Shown here piece after piece: positions 1-4,998 of a stretch of 7,804 nt of DNA. Both the position numbers and the translations under genes were made by a program. Within the stretch, counting starts at the first letter, position 1. Each line of letters opens with the position of its first letter. The notes beneath the pieces are model-generated. The model saw nothing but the letters and a program-made list of their open reading frames with translations, did no database searches and was not told where the DNA came from. This stretch comes from a virus, in the IMG/VR virus record IMGVR_UViG_3300009431_000598, positions 1-7,804 of that record, one strand, 5' to 3'.

Positions 1-120
1 ACCTGAGCGCAGCATCCGGCGTAGGTATTGCAGGCTATAGCCACTGTACTGGGCAGCCGCCTTTACGGATATGTGATTGTTCAATACAATGGGGAAAATA
101 TTAAGATTTGAAGAAACCAT
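1..120 (-). CDS. Partial (3'-truncated by window edge) helix-turn-helix protein, excisionase/MerR-like (HTH_17-type) N-terminus
   Basis: Not in the ORF track because it is under 60 aa inside the window. My reverse-complement translation from the ATG at 120-118 gives MVSSNLNIFPIVLNNHISVKAAAQYSGYSLQYLRRMLRSG, open to position 1. The segment ISVKAAAQYSGYSLQYLRRMLRSG matches the usual pattern of excisionase-family HTH domains (hydrophobic-x-EAA-x-hydrophobic-G-x-S-x-x-x-hydrophobic-RR-hydrophobic-x-x-G). A GAGG lies 5-6 nt upstream of the ATG (minus-strand aagtGAGGtcgggATG). Confidence 0.55.
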   Translation of the reverse strand, partial: MVSSNLNIFPIVLNNHISVKAAAQYSGYSLQYLRRMLRSG

Positions 121-250
121 CCCGACCTCACTTGAAAACGTCTGGCAATTCCTCTAATTTGCTGCGGTTTTCGAACCTCAGCATCTCAAGAAACTGCCCC
201 ACATCCATCTGAGATCGTTCGATAAGTGTCGCTTTAGGGGTACCTGATTA

Positions 251-287
251 GACTCGAACCTGGGACCTTCGGGTTATGAGCCCGACA
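251..287 (-). other. Initiator tRNA-Met (anticodon CAT)-like fragment covering anticodon arm, variable loop and T-loop only; candidate attachment-site (att) core, not a functional tRNA gene
   Basis: The minus-strand reading is TGTCGGGCTCATAACCCGAAGGTCCCAGGTTCGAGTC. It has a TCGGG/CCCGA stem with a CTCATAA loop (anticodon CAT). The three consecutive G:C pairs are characteristic of initiator tRNA anticodon stems. Next come AGGTC (variable loop), CCAGG (5' T-stem) and TTCGAGT (T-loop). The expected 3' T-stem CCTGG is replaced by CTAAT (247-251 cannot pair with 259-263). No acceptor stem can be formed. The 5' side (288-320) is the regulator's coding end, not a D-arm. Confidence 0.6.
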
Positions 288-288
288 T

Positions 289-711
289 TCATTCATCATC
301 AAAATACTTCGACAATAATACTTGAATCGCTTTAGATACCTCCCTGCGAGTGCCCGGGTTTGAAATCTTTGCAATATCTTTAGCGACCTCAACCGCTTCT
401 GGTGGTAAGTTCTCTACACTCTCGGCATGAATATCGAAAGCCTTTAAGGGAGGCCAATTGGCCAATATCAACAGTTCGTTTGGGTTGATCTCGAAATGGT
501 CTGCTATCTGAATGCAATTAGGAATTGTAGGACGTTGTCCACCACGAATGCGGTTTATAGCCTGATGATCTAAATTCGATCCCAAGGAAGCCTCCCGATA
601 CGACTCATTACGCTCCTCACATAACTCCAATATGCGATCAACCATTGGTTGGGGATCGTATTTTTTTCGTCTAGCATCAAGACGCTTTTCGACCGTAGAA
701 TCAGTGCCCAT
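289..711 (-). CDS. XRE/Cro-CI family helix-turn-helix transcriptional regulator (repressor-like), about 140 aa
   Basis: This is ORF track 289..747. The core SYREASLGSNLDHQAINRIRGGQRPTIPNCIQIADHFEINPNELLILA is a classic HTH_3-type motif. I place the start at the internal ATG 711-709 (MGTDSTVEKRLD...) because GGAGG (721-717 on the minus strand) sits 5 nt upstream. The track's longer start at 747 would put that SD inside the coding sequence. No S24 peptidase-like C-terminal domain is apparent. The stop TGA is at 291-289. Confidence 0.85.
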   Translation of the reverse strand: MGTDSTVEKRLDARRKKYDPQPMVDRILELCEERNESYREASLGSNLDHQAINRIRGGQRPTIPNCIQIADHFEINPNELLILANWPPLKAFDIHAESVENLPPEAVEVAKDIAKISNPGTRREVSKAIQVLLSKYFDDE

Positions 712-789
712 TCTTTCCTCCGTTATAATGCTTTTCAAGTTTTCCAAAAAATGCTATTTAGCAGCATTATATACTAAACGGAGGAAATC
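712..789. promoter_or_regulatory. Divergent control region between the XRE regulator and the serine recombinase, with symmetric -10-like elements and candidate operator half-sites
   Basis: TATAATGCT occurs on the plus strand at 724-732, and its exact reverse complement AGCATTATA occurs at 763-771. That gives one TATAAT -10-like hexamer pointing toward each gene. A third partial copy, AAAATGCT, is at 748-755. A TGCTA-TT-TAGCA palindrome is at 752-763, and an AATGCT/AGCATT inverted pair is at 750-755 and 763-768. Both genes use the same SD layout: GGAGGAAAGAATG for XRE and GGAGGAAATCATG for the recombinase. The -35 elements are weak or unclear. Confidence 0.45.
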
Positions 790-2535
790 ATGAATGAAAG
801 TTCTTTACGAGCCGCTGGGTATCGACGTGTTTCGATGCGCGAGCAGGTTGACGGCCATAGCCTGGATGCCCAAACCAACAACATCCAGACCTATGCAGAT
901 GGCCAAGGCTGGAAGCTGGTAAAGATATATACCGATGCAGGCATATCAGCCAAGCAAGGAAGTTATCGTCCAGCACTGGAAGAACTCATACAAGCTGCCA
1001 AAACTGGAGAGTTTGATGTGGTCATCGTGGATAAGATCGACCGCTTCTATCGCTACCTCAACGGCTTACTGACAGCCCTAGACATGCTCAACACCTGGAA
1101 TGTCAGCTTTGTCTCCGTGCATGAAAAGCTAGATTTCACGACCCCCTGGGGCAAGCTGATGCTGACAGTTTTGGGGATGCTGGCTGAAATCTACATAGAC
1201 AATTTAAGCAGAGAGACTACAAAAGGGAAACTACAGCGCGCCCGCGATGGCTATTGGAATGGAAATCCACCTTTTGGCTACTGCCGTGGTTTGTGTTCCA
1301 ATTGCAAGAACCCTAACGGCAAGGGGTACTGCCCCGACTTCGGCAAAGCTGATAAGAGCAAGGATAATATCCTCGTCCCCCACTCCATTGAGGGCCTGGT
1401 GGTCACACGTGTCTTCGAATGGTATCTCAGCGGTGATTATTCAGACAGCAAGATCGCCACCAAACTCAATTCATCTCATCATCAGTTTGCAGATGGTACG
1501 CTGCTACCGCTTCGCCATCGAGGCACACCTGGGCGCTCGGAGCCAGGCAAATTCAGCGCCAGCTATGTGCGCGGCATCCTTGGCCGCATCTTTTACACCG
1601 GCAAAGTACCATATTACAGCGTCGATAACAACGGGAAATCTCGCAAACGAAAAGAACCCCAACTTTTCGATGGCAAGCATCCAGCGATCATTGACGAAGA
1701 TGTATTCTACAAAGTACAAGAATTAAGAGAAACCTTAGCCCCCTTTCCCAGACATCGCCAGGGCACACCAGCGCGGGTTTATCCTCTTACTGGAGTGCTA
1801 CTTTGCGGCTATTGTGGCGGACGGTTTCGAGGCAGCACTTTCAGGAGAGGTCGTTTCTACAGAGATGCAAATCAAACTGAACATGTGGTAGACTGTGAAC
1901 AACCTTTGGTGAAGGCCTATGCTATTGAGAAACAATTAGTCGATTTTCTCCATAGCACTATGTCTTCTAAAAACTTAATGGAAAAGCTTGTCTCAGTTGA
2001 GTGTCTGCTGCAACAATCTGAAGATCGGCTTCATCGAGCGAAGATCCTCTACCTGGCGGGCGACATTGGCAAAGACATATTTGATGCTGAAAAAGAGCGC
2101 TGCGAATATGCAAGGGATTCCTTGCATATTCAAAATCCTAGTGCTATAATCGCATCAATAGGCGAAGCCTGTCAGCAGCTTGGCGGGTGGAATGAGTTAC
2201 AGGACATTAAAAAGAAAAGGCTCGTCCGACTTGTCCTCGAACGAGCCTATGTGCAAGGCGAAGCAATTTTGGCTCTTCAACCATCTTTTGCATTCGCGCC
2301 TTTGCTGAACCAGGATATCCTGGGTTGTAACAGCGGTCCCGACGGAGTACCTATCAAAAGCAACCTATGTCACATCCATTCTTTACTCTCACCATCTAGA
2401 CCCGCTGACCCCCGCAATCAATCAGCATTTTCATCCACCGCCCGTCTTCTGGCGTCTCTCAAGCTCCTCTATTCTTTCCATCATCCGTACCAGAATATCG
2501 CGTACTTTCTTGGGTATACCTGGCGCGCTCTCTAA
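790..2535 (+). CDS. Large serine recombinase (phage integrase type), 581 aa
   Basis: The N-terminus GYRRVSMREQVDGHSLDAQ carries the resolvase-type catalytic serine motif (Y-x-R-V-S-x-x-x-Q, Ser15). DAGISAK and VVIVDKIDRFYR match conserved resolvase-domain motifs. A recombinase domain follows (PPFGY ... VFEWYLSGDYSDSKIATKLN ... VRGILGRIFYTGK). A zinc-ribbon-like segment CGYCGGRFRG...TEHVVDC spans residues 339-369. A helical coiled-coil-like region follows (EKQLVDFL ... KKKRLVRLVLERAYV). GGAGG at 780-784 lies 5 nt before the ATG at 790. Confidence 0.93.
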   Translation: MNESSLRAAGYRRVSMREQVDGHSLDAQTNNIQTYADGQGWKLVKIYTDAGISAKQGSYRPALEELIQAAKTGEFDVVIVDKIDRFYRYLNGLLTALDMLNTWNVSFVSVHEKLDFTTPWGKLMLTVLGMLAEIYIDNLSRETTKGKLQRARDGYWNGNPPFGYCRGLCSNCKNPNGKGYCPDFGKADKSKDNILVPHSIEGLVVTRVFEWYLSGDYSDSKIATKLNSSHHQFADGTLLPLRHRGTPGRSEPGKFSASYVRGILGRIFYTGKVPYYSVDNNGKSRKRKEPQLFDGKHPAIIDEDVFYKVQELRETLAPFPRHRQGTPARVYPLTGVLLCGYCGGRFRGSTFRRGRFYRDANQTEHVVDCEQPLVKAYAIEKQLVDFLHSTMSSKNLMEKLVSVECLLQQSEDRLHRAKILYLAGDIGKDIFDAEKERCEYARDSLHIQNPSAIIASIGEACQQLGGWNELQDIKKKRLVRLVLERAYVQGEAILALQPSFAFAPLLNQDILGCNSGPDGVPIKSNLCHIHSLLSPSRPADPRNQSAFSSTARLLASLKLLYSFHHPYQNIAYFLGYTWRAL

Positions 2536-2619
2536 GTCCGATAAGTCAAATTTGTGCTTTACTTTCGCCTCGTCTACAGATGATTTGATGATATTTCCCT
2601 TGTTGTCTAACTTCGGCAT
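2431..2619 (-). CDS. Small hypothetical protein (62 aa from the internal ATG), last ORF of the tail operon
   Basis: The track ORF 2431..2643 begins at a TTG. The internal ATG at 2619-2617 follows the upstream gene's TGA (2623-2621) by one base (TGAtATG) and has GAGG 6 nt upstream. The product MPKLDNKGNIIKSSVDEAKVKHKFDLSDLESAPGIPKKVRDILVRMMERIEELERRQKTGGG is charged and probably helical, with no hydrophobic segment. It overlaps the recombinase 3' end by 105 nt on the opposite strand, which lowers confidence. Confidence 0.45.
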   Translation of the reverse strand: MPKLDNKGNIIKSSVDEAKVKHKFDLSDLESAPGIPKKVRDILVRMMERIEELERRQKTGGG

Positions 2620-2620
2620 A

Positions 2621-3121
2621 TCAGACCTCGACTCCCTCGACAATGGCGAAAGACCAATCGTCGAATTTTCTCATACTTGTCCAGACCGAGTCCTTGACAT
2701 CCAGGTCGACAACATATTTATATGTCCCTGGTGCGGCGATGGTCTTGTCCGACGTACCCGTCCCGCCGGACACCGTCACGTCGAAAGAGCCAATCTTGAC
2801 GCCGCTTTCGTATACGGCGATAGGTATGGTTGTCTCGTCGGGGTCCTCGCAGGTCACGGTAAGGGTAAATTGCTCGACCCCGTCCGCGTCGACCTCGTCC
2901 TTGTTCGAGCTCACTTGCACCTGAGCGGGCCAAAAATGATCGTATGTAAACTCGATAAGATCATTGTGTCCGCCCGAAACCCATTGAACGGTTCCGCCCT
3001 CAGCATCAAGACTCATTCCCTCCGGCAGGGTTATCGAGGTTGCGTCGATATGGCTCCTCAAGAGAGACGAGGGACCGTCATTTGGATCAACTCTTATCTT
3101 TACTGTATGCGTTTTGTTCAT
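2621..3121 (-). CDS. Hypothetical phage structural/accessory protein, probably a beta-sandwich (Ig-like) fold, 166 aa
   Basis: AGGAG lies 9 nt upstream of the ATG at 3121, directly after the stop of the preceding gene. The sequence is beta-rich (DGVEQFTLTVTCEDPDETTIPIAVYESGVKIGSFDVTVSGGTGTSDKTIAAPGTYKYVVDLDV), reminiscent of bacterial Ig-like domains. It sits downstream of the tail-fibre candidate. The function is inferred. Confidence 0.75.
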   Translation of the reverse strand: MNKTHTVKIRVDPNDGPSSLLRSHIDATSITLPEGMSLDAEGGTVQWVSGGHNDLIEFTYDHFWPAQVQVSSNKDEVDADGVEQFTLTVTCEDPDETTIPIAVYESGVKIGSFDVTVSGGTGTSDKTIAAPGTYKYVVDLDVKDSVWTSMRKFDDWSFAIVEGVEV

Positions 3122-3136
3122 ATAAGTAGACTCCTA

Positions 3137-4465
3137 TCACGACTCCCAAACTAATTGGCCTTGTTGGCTCGCGGATACCGAGTCGCGGGCGTTGTCCGTT
3201 TTATACTCGATAACCTGCGAGGCGTCGCATGGAACCCATGCTTGCGAATAGTCGTGCTGCCCTTGATGAGCACTCGAGACACATATCGTTGTCCCGTACC
3301 CGGTCTCCGAGCTCCCGTTCGGCCTAAAGTATGTAGCGTCAGAGGCGGCGGCTTTTATACTCCCGGATACATGCAGAACGGCCGCCAATGGTGAAGCGTT
3401 CGAGAATGTAATATCTGTCCATGTTGTCTCGGGCGAGTTGTCAAATAAGACATTGGCGTGGTATTGGATTTCATATATAAGACCGCGCGGTCGCCAGGGG
3501 ATGACCGATGTACCGACGTTGAGGGTTGGTTCCGTGAAATAGACAATAGCACTATTCTCGCTATGTACGACCCTCCAGCGCATTGAGTCCTGGTAGGTCT
3601 TATTCTCGACCTTCAGGTATATCCAGGAGTCTTGTGTGGTCGTTGTGTGCGATCCTAGACTCTGTGTCCCGTCGATGTCGTAAAGCTCGAGAGTAATCGT
3701 CCCCGCCGTGTCCGTACTCTTTTGATAGACCCAAGCCCCGGCCGATACCGTGGTGACATTGTCGTCGAGTAAGGGCTCATTGGCGTCGTCGAAATCTTTT
3801 TTGGGATAGGCGTAATCCGCGCCGCCACCGTCCGCCGAGATCGTCAGCTTGAGACAGCGGGCGTACTTCTCCGGAATACTCTCCCCGGCGCAATCGACCT
3901 CGTGCAGCGTCCCATCGTTATCGACAGTCCACCAAGGCGACATAGCATCGTCGATATTATGTATTGATGGGAAATCGGGAATCAGGTTAACGGCGGAAAA
4001 GACCGAAGCGTCGCCAGGAGTATTGGGGGAATTTGCAGTAATGTAAGCCGCGATGCTTTGCTGAGTGGCTCCGTACTCGTCGCTATCCGAGGCGAAATCA
4101 TCCTCATCCAAAAGCCAGACACCGCCGATCAAACGCAGATTAGATCCGTCGTACCAGAGTGAGACGATCTTATCGTCCTTGAGAGCCAGGTCTCCGGGTA
4201 GGTCGATATTCCCCGTCCCGTCTTTCAGCGTGATCGTGTCGCCGGAATCGGCGATCAATTGGACGACCTCGCCCGCGGCAAGACCGTTAATCGTGTCGAG
4301 GTCGTCGGTCGTGCCCGATTCGGCGGCGATCACAAATAGGCTATTCCCCGAGTTAGGGGTCGCCGTCACCGCCCCCGTGCTTATGGTCAGCGTCCCGCCG
4401 CTCTTGGATATGAGCCTCGTTACGTCTGTTGCGTCAGCGGTTCCGCCCGCTACTGGTATAGTCAT
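3137..4465 (-). CDS. Tail fibre / receptor-binding protein candidate, 442 aa
   Basis: AAGGTG SD lies 5 nt upstream of the ATG at 4465 and overlaps the upstream gene's stop codon. The N-terminal roughly 115 aa are Gly/Thr/Asp-rich beta repeats (TISTGAVTATPNSGNSLFVIAAESGTTDDLDTINGLAAGEVVQLIADSGDTITLKDGTGNIDLPGDLAL). I recognise this type of segment from the N-termini of phage fibre-like proteins. The C-terminal roughly 300 aa are aromatic- and Thr-rich, with jelly-roll-like character. It lies near the distal end of the tail module. Confidence 0.8.
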   Translation of the reverse strand: MTIPVAGGTADATDVTRLISKSGGTLTISTGAVTATPNSGNSLFVIAAESGTTDDLDTINGLAAGEVVQLIADSGDTITLKDGTGNIDLPGDLALKDDKIVSLWYDGSNLRLIGGVWLLDEDDFASDSDEYGATQQSIAAYITANSPNTPGDASVFSAVNLIPDFPSIHNIDDAMSPWWTVDNDGTLHEVDCAGESIPEKYARCLKLTISADGGGADYAYPKKDFDDANEPLLDDNVTTVSAGAWVYQKSTDTAGTITLELYDIDGTQSLGSHTTTTQDSWIYLKVENKTYQDSMRWRVVHSENSAIVYFTEPTLNVGTSVIPWRPRGLIYEIQYHANVLFDNSPETTWTDITFSNASPLAAVLHVSGSIKAAASDATYFRPNGSSETGYGTTICVSSAHQGQHDYSQAWVPCDASQVIEYKTDNARDSVSASQQGQLVWES

Positions 4466-4473
4466 AATACACC

Positions 4474-4998
4474 TTAGCTAATGGTCAAATCATAATCGAA
4501 GGTAAGATCGTATGATCCGCCGGAATTGTCGTAACTCTGCAGATAGTGACAGAACAGAGTACCGGAGTCGGCGACTCCCGTCGCCTGGTCTCCGAAAATC
4601 CCAGCCTCTTTTATGTTATATGTACACTCGGCCGCTACAAAGAAAGTACTCAAGGTAATCACATTTCCGGCGCGTGTTTTCGAAGTAACAGCCAGGCGGT
4701 TCGACTCCGTGGTCAGTGTGGTATCGCCCGCCGCCGGGGTCGTTGTGCCTGTCCCGATGGCGTGATAGGTCAAGCCCGTCGAAACCTCGCCGATCAGAAT
4801 ATCTCCGGCGAGTCCTTTGCCGACCGTGACGACGAGATTATTGACTTGGTTGATATATGCCAATTTACCGCGCTGAGTTGCGATCTCTTGCGCTTCTCTC
4901 AATGAGTGACCGAGGAACATAAGCCAGTCGATGACGCCGCGCTCCCACGCCCGGAGCACACTCGAGCCCCTCAATGTAAGTACGCCGCTCTCTCTCAT
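4474..4998 (-). CDS. Hypothetical phage tail/baseplate-associated structural protein, about 174 aa (alternative start 5007)
   Basis: This is the C-terminal part of track ORF 4474..5364. The first 119 residues of that track ORF are Arg-rich nonsense overlapping the 503-aa gene in another frame. The ATG at 4998-4996 overlaps the upstream stop as TAATG, the same junction as at 6509. An ATG at 5007 is also possible (MELMRESG...). The sequence contains YHAIGTGTTTPAAGDTTLTTESNRLAV ... IKEAGIFGD and is beta-rich. Confidence 0.78.
   Translation of the reverse strand: MRESGVLTLRGSSVLRAWERGVIDWLMFLGHSLREAQEIATQRGKLAYINQVNNLVVTVGKGLAGDILIGEVSTGLTYHAIGTGTTTPAAGDTTLTTESNRLAVTSKTRAGNVITLSTFFVAAECTYNIKEAGIFGDQATGVADSGTLFCHYLQSYDNSGGSYDLTFDYDLTIS

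Noticed and set aside
128-208. 26-aa minus-strand ORF (MDVGQFLEMLRFENRSKLEELPDVFK) upstream of the HTH gene
   Set aside because: It has no Shine-Dalgarno sequence upstream of its ATG. It is very short and has no recognisable motif. It is probably just the leader/promoter region of the HTH gene.
238-320. A complete tRNA-Met gene on the minus strand
   Set aside because: Only the anticodon arm, variable loop, 5' T-stem and T-loop are present. The 3' T-stem reads CTAAT instead of CCTGG. No 7-bp acceptor pairing is possible. The region where the D-arm should lie is the end of the XRE coding sequence.
712-747. Longer N-terminus of the XRE ORF (MENLKSIITEER...) as listed in the track
   Set aside because: The extension contains the strong GGAGG that serves the internal ATG at 711. 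It also covers the TATAATGCT element. The HTH protein is complete without it.
788-1726. ORFs 788..976 (-), 1247..1726 (+) and 1504..1719 (-) inside the recombinase gene
   Set aside because: They are embedded in an unambiguous serine recombinase reading frame. Their translations are not protein-like, and they have no start signals.
2533-2554. TAAGTC direct repeat (2533-2538, 2542-2547) and CAAATTTG palindrome (2547-2554) as an alternative attP next to the recombinase stop
   Set aside because: The elements are very short. The direct repeat is explained by the DLSDL coding repeat of the small minus-strand ORF. The flanks show no extended imperfect dyad of the roughly 40-50 bp expected for an LSR attP. 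It remains the fallback site if the tRNA-like site fails testing.
3137-3500. Diversity-generating retroelement target (variable repeat) at the fibre C-terminus
   Set aside because: The window has no reverse transcriptase gene. No template-repeat copy of the fibre 3' end is visible, and there is no adenine-specific mismatch pattern to evaluate.
2536-4465. Gin/Cin-style invertible tail-fibre segment controlled by the adjacent serine recombinase
   Set aside because: The recombinase is a 581-aa integrase-type large serine recombinase, not a small invertase of about 190 aa. There is no alternative fibre C-terminus encoded on the opposite strand. I found no long inverted repeats bracketing the fibre 3' region.
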